A DNA stretch of 64,000 bases. It comes from Candidatus Micrarchaeota archaeon (GTDB taxonomy: Archaea; Micrarchaeota; Micrarchaeia; Anstonellales; Bilamarchaeaceae). Each line of letters starts with the position of its first letter. The stretch's first letter is position 1. The translations under genes were made by a program, and so were the position numbers. The notes beneath the pieces were generated by a model, which was not told where the DNA came from, ran no database searches, and saw only the letters and a program-made list of their open reading frames with translations. Below are positions 28,399-37,307 of this stretch, piece after piece. Location of the stretch: assembly GCA_040758595.1 (NCBI GenBank), contig JBFLVJ010000002.1:38504-102503 (forward strand). The letters run 5' to 3'.

Positions 28399-29280
28399 AT
28401 GAAGGGACAAAGACCGTTCAGAGGCAATCCTAGAGAAGGAGGCCGTGAAGGCCGCGGAGACAAGAGAGCGAGGTTCATCAGGAAATCCAGGGAGACCGTC
28501 ACAGAGGCCCTCAAGAGCCGCGACATGCTCCTTGCCAGCGTCGCCAAATCCATAGACGATCTGGACAAGACCATAAACCTGCTCGGGGAGCGCTTCGAGG
28601 ATTGGTATGGCATCTATTTCCCTGAGCTCAAGGCCGAGACCAAGCTCCAATACTGCAGCGCCGCCCTGATAATCGACAGGGAGAACCTGGACGAGAAGGA
28701 GCTCGCGTCCATCCTGGGTCAGAAGAAAGCGTCCGAGCTGGCAGCCGCCGCGAAGAGCAGCCTGGGCGTCAAGCTTTCGCCCAAAGACCATTCTGAATGC
28801 CTGTCCATGGCCAGAGCCATACTCTCGCTCGAGAAGCAGAGGAAGGATTTCGAGGCTTATCAGAAAGAGCTGGCAGAGGAGCTATGCCCTAACCTGACCG
28901 AAGTGGGCGGACCTGATATCGCGGCCAAGCTCGTGGCCCACGTGGGCTCGCTAAGAAGGCTATCGCTCATGCCGGCAAGCGCGCTCCAGGTGCTCGGCGC
29001 CGAGAAAGCGCTCTTCAAGCACCTCAAGAACAAGCGCATCCCGCCGCCCAAGCACGGCATAATCTTCCAGCATGCCAAGATATCAGCTTCGCCCAAATCC
29101 GTCCGCGGCAAAATCGCCCGCGCATTGGCCAACCAGCTCTCGCTGGCAGCAAGAGCCGATGCGTTCGGCAAGAGAAGGATCGGGCCGGATCTGAAGAAGA
29201 AGTTCGAGGAGCGTTTCGAGCAGATAATGGCGGAATGGGAGGCGGCCAAGAAGAAACAGGCACCCGCACCCGGCCAATGA
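28399..29280 (+). CDS. nop5: C/D box snoRNP protein Nop5 (Nop56/58 family)
   Basis: NOP domain GGPDIAAKLVAHVGSLRRLSLMPASALQVLGAEKALFKHLKNKRIPPPKHGIIFQH. Basic N- and C-termini. Confidence 0.8.
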   Translation: MKGQRPFRGNPREGGREGRGDKRARFIRKSRETVTEALKSRDMLLASVAKSIDDLDKTINLLGERFEDWYGIYFPELKAETKLQYCSAALIIDRENLDEKELASILGQKKASELAAAAKSSLGVKLSPKDHSECLSMARAILSLEKQRKDFEAYQKELAEELCPNLTEVGGPDIAAKLVAHVGSLRRLSLMPASALQVLGAEKALFKHLKNKRIPPPKHGIIFQHAKISASPKSVRGKIARALANQLSLAARADAFGKRRIGPDLKKKFEERFEQIMAEWEAAKKKQAPAPGQ

Positions 29281-29903
29281 GGATCCTCGCCTTTTCAGAC
29301 CTCCATGAAGAGGAGGCCGCCCTCGAATCCCTGAAGGCAATCGCCCCGGATTACGACCACGTCTTCATATGCGGCGATTTCGCCAAGACCAATTCTTTCG
29401 CCGAGGATGTCCTGGATGCCTTTCCCGACTCCCTTATCATCCCGGGCAATTGGGACAGCAAGCTGGTCAATGATATCGCCTCCAAGAGGCCCCAGTGGCT
29501 ACACGGGAAGAGGGTGGAGCTCGAAGGCGGCCTGAATGCCGTCGGTTTCGGCTACAGCCCTCCGACCCCGTTCTTCACCTACGGGGAATTGAGCGAAGAG
29601 GAAATATACGCGCAGATGTCCAAGCTCCCCATAGACAGGAACACCCTGCTCCTCCTGCATTGCCCTCCCAAGGGCCATTTCGACAAGGTCCACATGGTCA
29701 GGCATATCGGCAGCGGCTCGATGCTGAGGATCATCCAGGAGAAGCAGCCCTTAGCAGCGCTTTTCGGCCATGTCCACGAGCATGCCGGGACCTCGAGACT
29801 CGGAAACACGAAACTCATCAAGCTCCCGCCCGCGAATTCGATGCGCGCCTGCTCGCTCTCCATCAAGGATAAAAGTATTTCCACGGAGTTCATATCACTA
29901 TGA
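29277..29903 (+). CDS. calcineurin-like metallophosphoesterase
   Basis: MRILAFSDLHEE...ICGDF...GNWD...HCPP...GHVHE phosphoesterase motifs. Start chosen at the internal Met of ORF 29235-29903. Confidence 0.7.
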   Translation: MRILAFSDLHEEEAALESLKAIAPDYDHVFICGDFAKTNSFAEDVLDAFPDSLIIPGNWDSKLVNDIASKRPQWLHGKRVELEGGLNAVGFGYSPPTPFFTYGELSEEEIYAQMSKLPIDRNTLLLLHCPPKGHFDKVHMVRHIGSGSMLRIIQEKQPLAALFGHVHEHAGTSRLGNTKLIKLPPANSMRACSLSIKDKSISTEFISL

Positions 29904-30295
29904 TGTCGGTCACCGTGCGGATGGCGAAGGAGTCCGAACTGGACGATGCAAAAAGCTTCATACGCAGCATCTTCCCCGACGCGATGGTCCAGATAACCGA
30001 AGACGACACCCTCCTTCTCGCAGAGCACAATGACAAGGTGGTCGGGTTCGCCCACCTGATTGATATGGGCGATAAGATGGTCCTCCAGGGGATAGGGGTG
30101 GACCCTTCCGTGCGCGGCCACGGCGTCGGCACCATCCTGTTGGAGCATGTCCTGGAGAGCCTGAGCGATACCGACATGCCGATATACCTCAAGGTGAAAT
30201 CCATGAATCCGGCGGTGGAGCTCTACTCCAGATATGGATTCATGCTCAAGAGGTTCGGCGATGTCCACGTCCTCGTCAAGAAGCCGAATGCATAA
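29900..30295 (+). CDS. GNAT family N-acetyltransferase
   Basis: VVGFAHL...LQGIGVDPSVRGHGVGTILLEHV acetyl-CoA binding motif. Confidence 0.75.
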   Translation: MMSVTVRMAKESELDDAKSFIRSIFPDAMVQITEDDTLLLAEHNDKVVGFAHLIDMGDKMVLQGIGVDPSVRGHGVGTILLEHVLESLSDTDMPIYLKVKSMNPAVELYSRYGFMLKRFGDVHVLVKKPNA

Positions 30296-30324
30296 GGGCT
30301 AGAATCGGACCCCAGGGCTTTTGA

Positions 30325-30375
30325 CCACGCACAAGAGGCGTGGCCTCTTGGCGCACGATGTCGGTCTTTTTTTGC
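30325..30375 (+). terminator. hairpin plus oligo-T tract downstream of the GNAT gene
   Basis: CAAGAGGC-GTG-GCCTCTTG hairpin followed by TCTTTTTTTGCC. Confidence 0.35.
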
Positions 30376-30434
30376 CGGCATTGTCGATCCGTTTACTTTT
30401 GCCATGAGGATGGCAGAAGTCAAAAGTAATCGGA

Positions 30435-30507
30435 TGGGGAGACTGAGATTTGAACTCAGATAACCAGCTCCCAAAGCTAGCAGCTTACCAGGTTGGCTCA
30501 TCTCCCC
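30435..30507 (-). tRNA. tRNA-Pro (UGG), intron-less
   Basis: GGGGAGATGAGCCAACCTGGTAAGCTG CTAGC TTTGGGA GCTGG TTAT CTGAG TTCAAAT CTCAG TCTCCCC A. Confidence 0.7.
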
Positions 30508-30610
30508 GCACGGGAATCATCTACTTGGTGCCTTGGGCTTATAAGTTTTAGCGAATCGCGTAAAATCCGGTTTTTCGTGTGAAAATCGTCGAACGGTTTT
30601 TATACTTATC

Positions 30611-31801
30611 GTGGAAAAAACTTGTATGGCAACCAGTAAGAGAAAAATCAAGACTCCCAGACTAGCACAGATATCCGATGACCAGGAGCGGATTGAGAGG
30701 CCCGCCCCCAAGAAGAAAAAGAAAAGCCTCCGCTCGTTCCACGGCACTCCCGACCGTTTCAGCCTCTCCAACCTCGCAAAAGTGCTCACCAGCGGCGAGC
30801 GGCTCGACATGCTCAGCGCGGTCGACCGCCTCAAGGGAAGGGCCAGGGTCCTGGTGGAGCTCGCCCTCTTCTCGAATTTCCAGTTCGTCAGGCTCGCGGC
30901 CGTCCAGCACCTGGCCAAGGACCGGGATGCGCTGGTGGACATAGCCAAATTCTGCCACTACGACGACACGAGGGCATGCGCGCTCGACGAGCTCTCCGCC
31001 AACAGCAACGGCCTGGTGGAGGTCGCCTGCTCCTCGCTGTTCGTGTCCACGAGGAAGGATGCGGTCGCCATAATGAAGGACAAGAGCGCGCTCACCGACG
31101 TGGCGGTCCGCTCACCCCACAAGGACTCCCGCACCCTCGCCATGGAGCGCATAGCCAACAACCCGGCGGCCCTGAAGAGGGTGGCCGAGGAATCGTCCTA
31201 TCGCAGCGTCAGGATGAGCGCCATAGACCGCCTCGCATCCAATGTGGAATCCCTCTGCTCCCTGGTCTTCTCCAGGCACACCGAGGTCAAGAAGGCCGCG
31301 GCCTCGAAGCTCTCCACGCACGTGGAAGAGCTGAGCGACCCCGACGCTCTGATGGAGATAGCCAAGATGTCTCCCAACGAGGATGCCCGCTACATCGCTG
31401 TAGGCAGGCTCTCCAATGATCCCTGGTCTCTCCGTGCGATAGTCACAGACGCGAGCCACAAGGACGCCAAGACGACCGCGCTCATGCTCCTTTCCGACAT
31501 GGTGGCCGAGCTGGATGATCCGGAGATACTCGCGGACGTCGCCATGCTCTCGCCCTATCCGGACTGCCGCGTATCGGCTGTCGAGAGGCTGGTCGGGCAG
31601 AGCAGCGCGCTCCAGTCGGTCGCTTCCAAGTCCAAATACAAGGACGCGAGGGAGCAGGCGCTTGACAAGCTCAAGGACGACACCGAGGCGCTCAAATCCG
31701 TCTCCAGGCTATCGAAATACAGCGACACGCGGAAGAGGGCGCACACCCTGGTCTCGCATCCCGAGACGTTCAAGTCCGAGCTGACCAGGATACTGGGCTG
31801 A
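30611..31801 (+). CDS. HEAT/PBS-lyase-like repeat protein
   Basis: About 10 tandem roughly 30-aa units of the form D..(A/S)R..A...L... (e.g. SPHKDSRTLAMERIANNPAALKRV; SSYRSVRMSAIDRLASNVESL). Confidence 0.55.
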   Translation: MEKTCMATSKRKIKTPRLAQISDDQERIERPAPKKKKKSLRSFHGTPDRFSLSNLAKVLTSGERLDMLSAVDRLKGRARVLVELALFSNFQFVRLAAVQHLAKDRDALVDIAKFCHYDDTRACALDELSANSNGLVEVACSSLFVSTRKDAVAIMKDKSALTDVAVRSPHKDSRTLAMERIANNPAALKRVAEESSYRSVRMSAIDRLASNVESLCSLVFSRHTEVKKAAASKLSTHVEELSDPDALMEIAKMSPNEDARYIAVGRLSNDPWSLRAIVTDASHKDAKTTALMLLSDMVAELDDPEILADVAMLSPYPDCRVSAVERLVGQSSALQSVASKSKYKDAREQALDKLKDDTEALKSVSRLSKYSDTRKRAHTLVSHPETFKSELTRILG

Positions 31802-31841
31802 AAACGGGGATTCACTCCCCGCAATCCTCTTTTTTCGTTCC

Positions 31842-31872
31842 ATTTCCCGGAACCCGAAACCCAAAACTGGAA
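31842..31872 (+). repeat. heptamer repeat array immediately 3' of tRNA-Thr
   Basis: GGAACCC GAAACCC AAAACTG GAAACAA. Confidence 0.5.
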
Positions 31873-31882
31873 ACAAATAGAA

Positions 31883-32122
31883 AAGCCCCCGGAGGGATTT
31901 GAACCCCCGACTTCCTCCTTTCCCGCTTCCCGATGGAACGAAGTTCCATGGGCGCAGGGAACACAGTTCCCTCGCGTTGGGAAAAGCGGGACCAAAACTC
32001 GCTTGCTAATTTTCGCTTTCGCGAAAATACAAAACCCGAATGGGTTCTGCAACAGCCGGTTTTGATCCAACTTTTCCTAAAAGTTGGTACGAGAGAGGCG
32101 CTCTGCCACTGAGCTACGGAGG
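31883..32122 (-). tRNA. tRNA-Thr (CGU) with about a 170-nt intron at 37/38
   Basis: GCCTCCG TA GCTC AGTGGCA GAGC G CCTCT CTCGTA [170 nt] A GGAGG AAGTC GGGGG TTCAAAT CCCTC CGGGGGC T. The intron begins with the hairpin CCAACTTTTAGGAAAAGTTGG. Confidence 0.7.
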
Positions 32123-32160
32123 CGGCCTCAGACAGGATTAGCGTGATTGGGTTTTAAAAT

Positions 32161-33432
32161 TTAGGCGGAGAGCACCTTGCCCCGGCCGCCGTTCTTCGCA
32201 TCTATCAGGAGCCCGTTCGAGCGTGAGAACGCCTTCTTGTAGACCTTCTCCACTTCTGCGTCAGTGGGCTGTTCATGCCCGAGCAGGCCCATCTCCTCGG
32301 CTATCCTCTTGACATTGACGGCGCCCATGCTGCAGGTTATGCTTATCGAAGATCCCTTGAAGGGCACCTTGAGCCTGCGTATGTTCTCCATGATGCGCTC
32401 GGCGATGGCGAGAGCTTCGGGCCAGGATACCCTTTTGAGGACCACGCTGAACTCATCCCCGCCCAGCCTCGCGGCGCAGTCATCCGAGCGGACCGAGCCC
32501 TTGATGACCTCGGCAACTTCGCGCAGGACCGCATTCCCCCCTTTGTATCCGGCCTGCTCGTTGATGGACTTGAACTTGTCAAGGTCGATGAGCATCAGGC
32601 AAAGCTCATTGCCCTTCGCCATGGTCTCTTTGATCCCATGGCGGATATCCACTTCGAAATCCTGCACCCTCCTGAGGGAGGTTATCGCATCGAACTCGTG
32701 CGTGAGCTTGTAGGAGAGCTGGGATGCCATCTCCATGGCCAATCTTGCGGTCCAGTACATCTTGCTGAAGCCGCTAACTTCAGAGTCCTTGCAGCGCAGA
32801 TCCCCTTCGAACAGGACTATCCCTGAGGCATGTCTCCGGTCCCGATAATAGAACGGCATCAGAGCCAGCGAGCTGCCATCCCTTTGGCCGTGGGAGTCCC
32901 TTATCTCGTATTTATCATCGTCTATATTCATGTTGCCGAATACCAGTTTCAGCCCGCTATCGTCTATCACGCTCGGCGTCTGCCTGGTGAACATGCTGAA
33001 TATCTCGTCAGGGGGGTGTATCAGGTGGCCCGGGGCATCGTCTATGCACCACTCGTTCCCCTCGCGCCATAGCTCCACTCTCCTCTCGAGGCTGGCCGGA
33101 GCGGCATCCCTCGCCTTCTGCCTCAACGCCATATAGACACGGGCCCGCTCCATCCTCTGGAACTCTTCGGCCAGGCTTGCCAGGTACTCTCCTATCCCTG
33201 GATAATCCTCGCTTATCTTCCGGCCCACCCTCTGCATCGCATCGGCCACAGCGAAATCGGTCTTTATGTCCTTGGCGGTGTATTGCTGTATACGGAAAGT
33301 TCCGGTGGAGCATCTCCTGGCTCTTGGAAGCAGTATCAGGCTTTCTTCCATGGGCGCGGCCGTTGGTTTGGTTCTGGGCGGATCAGCTATTCTGGTGCCG
33401 ACTGGTCCTTTTGTTCCTTGCTGGGAGGCCAT
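32161..33432 (-). CDS. GGDEF-domain protein (putative diguanylate cyclase) with uncharacterised N-terminal sensor region
   Basis: FDAITSLRRVQDF (DxLTGL-like). LIDLDKFKSINEQAGYKGGNAVLREVA. RLGGDEFSVVL (GGDEF signature). Confidence 0.7.
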   Translation of the reverse strand: MASQQGTKGPVGTRIADPPRTKPTAAPMEESLILLPRARRCSTGTFRIQQYTAKDIKTDFAVADAMQRVGRKISEDYPGIGEYLASLAEEFQRMERARVYMALRQKARDAAPASLERRVELWREGNEWCIDDAPGHLIHPPDEIFSMFTRQTPSVIDDSGLKLVFGNMNIDDDKYEIRDSHGQRDGSSLALMPFYYRDRRHASGIVLFEGDLRCKDSEVSGFSKMYWTARLAMEMASQLSYKLTHEFDAITSLRRVQDFEVDIRHGIKETMAKGNELCLMLIDLDKFKSINEQAGYKGGNAVLREVAEVIKGSVRSDDCAARLGGDEFSVVLKRVSWPEALAIAERIMENIRRLKVPFKGSSISITCSMGAVNVKRIAEEMGLLGHEQPTDAEVEKVYKKAFSRSNGLLIDAKNGGRGKVLSA

Positions 33433-33632
33433 GTGAATCGTCCAGTCTACTATGCTGTTTTTTGTTTAAAAATCTGCTTTCGATTTTTATCAGCGCCGCT
33501 TTTTGTGAAATGTCACATTGGATTCAGTTATACTGGTCTATCCACCCTTGTTTGGCTGGAATCCAGGATATTTGAACATCCGCCGCGGCTTCTCTGTGTT
33601 CTCCAGACGATAGAAACGTTTTAAAAGAAAAT

Positions 33633-33726
33633 TGCGGTCGCCGGGATTTGAACCCGGGTTATAGGCTTGGAAGGCGTACTCTTGCCATAAGGCAATCTAA
33701 GTCCTACCAGGCTAGACTACAACCGC
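33633..33726 (-). tRNA. intron-containing tRNA (candidate Trp-CCA; anticodon assignment uncertain)
   Basis: GCGGTTG TA GTCT AGCCTGGTA GGAC ... CCGGG TTCAAAT CCCGG CGACCGC A with a 42-nt anticodon region. That region contains the TTGCC-TTAT-GGCAA hairpin and a CTTCCAAG segment. Confidence 0.55.
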
Positions 33727-33789
33727 AAGTAGAGGACTACTAATATAGAAAAAGGTTTAATAGCCCGCGCTCAGGCGGGCAGAAAAAAA

Positions 33790-34449
33790 TCAGACCTTGA
33801 AGTGCTTCCTGCCGGCCTTCACCATGCCCTTGGCATCCTCCTGGCCTCCGAGGCCGAAGGCGATACCGATTGCGAGCGCGATACCGAACACCATCGCCTG
33901 GAGGACCGTCATGAATATGCCGGTTATCAGCGTGGTGTCGATGCCTGCGGTGGCAAGACCCATGGTCGCACCGATGTATATCAGCACGAGCTTGACCGCC
34001 CTGCCGAGGAACCTCACGAATGGAGACTTGCTAAGTTCGATTATCATCTCCTTTAGGTACTCGCCCAGCATCACGGCCAGGAGGAATATCAGGAACCCTC
34101 CGATGAGCGCCGGTGCGTAAACGAGCACGCCAGTGAGATAGACAGCCGTGGACTCGAGAGCGAGGTACGATACCGCTATCTGCAGGAAGATGAGCAGCAC
34201 ATAATACTTCACGATCTTCCTGAGGACGTCGCTTATCTTCACGGTGCCCAGCGCATCCTCCACCTTGTGGTGCTTAAGGGCCTCTTCCAGCTTGATCCTC
34301 TTGAAAATGCCCCCCAGGAACCTGCTGATGAGGGTCGCCACTACCCATCCTAATAGGAAGATGAGGATGGCTACTATGAACCCCTTCAAAATCAGATACC
34401 CGTCAGTGACGGCATACTGTATGACCTGGTCGATTGCTCCAGTCAGCAT
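33790..34449 (-). CDS. small membrane protein with conserved TM-helix repeats (MscS N-terminal-like)
   Basis: Four hydrophobic helices with a repeated G..I....LA pattern. Basic C-terminus. Confidence 0.4.
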   Translation of the reverse strand: MLTGAIDQVIQYAVTDGYLILKGFIVAILIFLLGWVVATLISRFLGGIFKRIKLEEALKHHKVEDALGTVKISDVLRKIVKYYVLLIFLQIAVSYLALESTAVYLTGVLVYAPALIGGFLIFLLAVMLGEYLKEMIIELSKSPFVRFLGRAVKLVLIYIGATMGLATAGIDTTLITGIFMTVLQAMVFGIALAIGIAFGLGGQEDAKGMVKAGRKHFKV

Positions 34450-34519
34450 CTCATCAAATTCGGCTATAGAATCACCGAAGCTATCGCCCTCGTGATTCTT
34501 TTAAATCTTTCCCCGTGGC

Positions 34520-35173
34520 TCAGAATGCGGAAGCGAGCTCGGTCAGGAACTTCCTCGGGTCGTGGGACTTGACGAAAGCGCTCGCGAGCAGCACCCCGGA
34601 AGCGCCGAGCTCCAGCGACTTCTTCACGTCGTCTCTGTTGCTCACTCCGGCTCCGCAGAGCACCGAGACCTTCCCGTCCACGTCCTTGACAGCCTTCACT
34701 GAATCTGACACCACTTCGGGCCTGGCGGTGGATACGCTCACACCGCTGCCGATCAGTTCCGGCGGCTCCACGGCTATATACGTGGGCGAATACGCGGCTA
34801 TCACCGCGGCCTCTTCTGGACTCGCAGCGCACACCAGGCTCTCCAGCCCGTGCATATGCAATGAATCCACCGTCGCCTTGAGCCGCGCATTATCCCCAAC
34901 CCTCCTTTCGGAATGGTTGATGAGCGAGCCTTTGACCTTGGCCGCCTTTAGCATCTCCGCCCCTATCGAACCGGTGTGCGCCCCTGCCTTCTCAGGGTCC
35001 GCGTGCTGGGAGAACACATCAGAGAATCTTTCTGCGGCCTCGTGCAATGATAACATGGGCGGGCACACCACTATCCTCAGCCCGGTCTCGTCCACCACTT
35101 CCTTGGCGATGTCTGTGAAAAGCAGGGCTTTCTTTATGCTCTCCGGGTAGGTCTTCAGGTTGAGGACTATCAT
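34520..35173 (-). CDS. tpiA: triosephosphate isomerase (archaeal short form)
   Basis: MIVLNLKTY...INHSERR...YIAVEPPELIGSG...LCGAGVS motifs. Confidence 0.9.
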   Translation of the reverse strand: MIVLNLKTYPESIKKALLFTDIAKEVVDETGLRIVVCPPMLSLHEAAERFSDVFSQHADPEKAGAHTGSIGAEMLKAAKVKGSLINHSERRVGDNARLKATVDSLHMHGLESLVCAASPEEAAVIAAYSPTYIAVEPPELIGSGVSVSTARPEVVSDSVKAVKDVDGKVSVLCGAGVSNRDDVKKSLELGASGVLLASAFVKSHDPRKFLTELASAF

Positions 35174-35424
35174 GATTGTCTAATAGGAGGAGAAATCGTT
35201 TTATTCCTATTCAGCTGGTTTTGGACACGTCAACCCGATGTCAAGAACGACGAATCGTTCTTGAGCATGGCAGGAAAGCCGAACTTTCCTGACTGCCATT
35301 GTTGCTCGGCAACAATAGCATGCTCGTGACCGTTGCGACGGTCGCGACAAGGGTTGACAAAGGGAAAAAGACGCCGACGGCAAGGAACCGCGGTTCTTGC
35401 TCGTCGAAAATCAGAAAAGGTTTT

Positions 35425-35532
35425 CGCCGACGGCAGGATTTGAACCTGCAATCCCAGGGGGATCAGTTCTCTCGCCCTGCTGAAGCAGGACATATTCGAG
35501 ACTGACGCACTACCAGGTTATGCGACATCGGC
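35425..35532 (-). tRNA. tRNA-Ser (CGA) with 26-nt intron at 37/38 and long variable arm
   Basis: GCCGATG TC GCAT AACCTGGTA GTGC G TCAGT CTCGAA [TATGTCCTGCTTCAGCAGGGCGAGAG] A ACTGA TCCCCCTGGGATT GCAGG TTCAAAT CCTGC CGTCGGC G. Confidence 0.65.
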
Positions 35533-35567
35533 GTGGTGATTATCTGAATGCCGCCAAGTGTTTTTAT

Positions 35568-36149
35568 TCATTCCGAGAATTCCTCGGACTCGTACACGAA
35601 GAACTCCATGCTCTTGGTGTCCTTCCATTCGATAGGCCCGAGCCCTGCCTTCATGCAAAGGTGGGCCAGGAACTCCTCCTTCCGCGGCAGCTGTTCCCAC
35701 ACCGCCGGCAGGAACGTGGCCCTCGCAACCCCCTTCTGGATTATCAGGCCGTGCTTCTCCGGGATGAGCCTTTTGAGGAGATCCTTCTCGCCCTTCACCT
35801 TGAACGGTCTGGGTTTGCTCAGGACAGATATGCTTATCCTCACCTCGCCGAGTTCGTCCAACGTGAGAGCGTAGAACCTCGGGTCCTCGGTCGCGGAAGA
35901 TACCGCATTCTCGATGACGTCCTTGAAGAGCGGTCGGTGCGCCTCAAGCGTCCCGATGCAGCCGCGCAAATCATCGCCACGATGCAGCGTCACGAAGCAT
36001 GCGCCGTCCTCGACGAGATCCTTTGACGGCACATCCCCCGGCTCCAGCTCGAGCATCCTGCCGCTCTTGAGATAATGCTCTATGGACTTCCTGGCAAGCG
36101 AAAGCAGGAAATCCCTCTCAGATCGATCCAGCATCCTTACCACCCCCAC
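35568..36149 (-). CDS. AMMECR1-domain protein (AmmeMemoRadiSam system protein A)
   Basis: LRGCIGT motif and AMMECR1 fold pattern. Confidence 0.8.
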   Translation of the reverse strand: MGVVRMLDRSERDFLLSLARKSIEHYLKSGRMLELEPGDVPSKDLVEDGACFVTLHRGDDLRGCIGTLEAHRPLFKDVIENAVSSATEDPRFYALTLDELGEVRISISVLSKPRPFKVKGEKDLLKRLIPEKHGLIIQKGVARATFLPAVWEQLPRKEEFLAHLCMKAGLGPIEWKDTKSMEFFVYESEEFSE

Positions 36150-36212
36150 ATGGTTTCACAAGGGATCCGCAGCATCGCCACGATGGTTTCCCGTCCCCCG
36201 TTCCGGGTCTTG

Positions 36213-36250
36213 TCCGTCCAGAACCCGAAACACAGGACCGGGAACCCCGG
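36213..36250 (+). repeat. heptamer repeat array (intergenic)
   Basis: CCAGAACCCGAAACACAGGACCGGGAACCCCGG. Confidence 0.45.
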
Positions 36251-36260
36251 CAGTTCCGCA

Positions 36261-36530
36261 TCATCCCCCTCGTTTACCATAGATATTGTGCACCCACCAT
36301 TTTTTGAGGAATCCGAAAGTCATGGTGGAAAGCAGGAAACCTGCCGTTGGGATAAGGGCGTTCAGGAAAGGCTGGGGTGCACCTATGCTGATGAGTATGG
36401 CGACTGCCAGCAGATATGTGAACACGGCTATCACGAGCTTTCTCGCATTGCTGGTCTCCCAGGCCTTATCGGCCTCCACCCGCCGGTTCCGCTCCTTTAT
36501 AGCTTCTATCTCATCTCTCTGGTCCGCCAT
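36261..36530 (-). CDS. small 2-TM membrane protein inserted in the AmmeMemoRadiSam operon
   Basis: 89 aa; coiled N-terminus plus two hydrophobic helices. Sits between the Memo and AMMECR1 genes with a 1-nt gap. Confidence 0.45.
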   Translation of the reverse strand: MADQRDEIEAIKERNRRVEADKAWETSNARKLVIAVFTYLLAVAILISIGAPQPFLNALIPTAGFLLSTMTFGFLKKWWVHNIYGKRGG

Positions 36531-37307
36531 TCAATCCGCCTCATAGAAAGCATAGCAGCCGTAGCCCACCACGCTGTCTTTCGGCCCTGCGGTGTCCCCG
36601 GAGTTCCGGTAATCCAGCAGTCTCCCTTTCCAGCCCTTCTTCCTGGCGATTTGCATCAGCATGAGTATCGGCGTTTTCCCGCAGGCGTCCCCCTTCTCCC
36701 AGAAACCGGATATGTCCAGAGCAGGCACGGTCTCGTTGGCCGCCCTGTCTATCCTCTTCGCCTGCTCATAGCTCTTGAAATGGCTGAGGTCCGAGCTCGC
36801 TATCAGCACGGTGTCGTCGTCCAGCTCCTTCATCACCTCATCCGCGAGCTCGGCAGGGTCCACCTCTCCCGAGAGCAAAGGCCAGACCGTTATCTTATCC
36901 CCGTAAATCATCTGCAGGAACGGGAACTGCACCTCCACCGAATGCTCAGGCTCATGGGCCTTTGGGAACACGCTTATCAGCCCGCCCCCCTTGCTTTTCG
37001 TCTTCACCTTCCCCAAAGGCGTCTCCCAGAAATCATATCCCGAGTCCGCCGCTCCCGGGAACATCGCATAGTGCGAGGGCCCGACCACTATCGCTTTCTT
37101 GTAGGGGATCTTCGCGAGCGCTTTATACCCATAGGCGGCGGTCGGCCCTGAATAGATGTATCCCGCATGCGGGACCACCAGCGCCCTGAGCTTCCCGGGC
37201 AGCCTTACCTCTTTCGCGTCATCCAGGCACTTCTCAAGGAGCTCCCGCAGCTCGTCCGCATCATCCGGATAGAACGTCCCCGCGGCCGCAGGCTTGCGCA
37301 CCTTCAT
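36531..37307 (-). CDS. MEMO1-family protein (AmmeMemoRadiSam system protein B)
   Basis: MKVRKPAAAGTFYPDDADEL...VVPHAGYIYSG Memo motifs. Start chosen at the internal Met, giving an ATGA overlap with the radical SAM gene. The ORF track extends to 37427. Confidence 0.75.
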   Translation of the reverse strand: MKVRKPAAAGTFYPDDADELRELLEKCLDDAKEVRLPGKLRALVVPHAGYIYSGPTAAYGYKALAKIPYKKAIVVGPSHYAMFPGAADSGYDFWETPLGKVKTKSKGGGLISVFPKAHEPEHSVEVQFPFLQMIYGDKITVWPLLSGEVDPAELADEVMKELDDDTVLIASSDLSHFKSYEQAKRIDRAANETVPALDISGFWEKGDACGKTPILMLMQIARKKGWKGRLLDYRNSGDTAGPKDSVVGYGCYAFYEAD

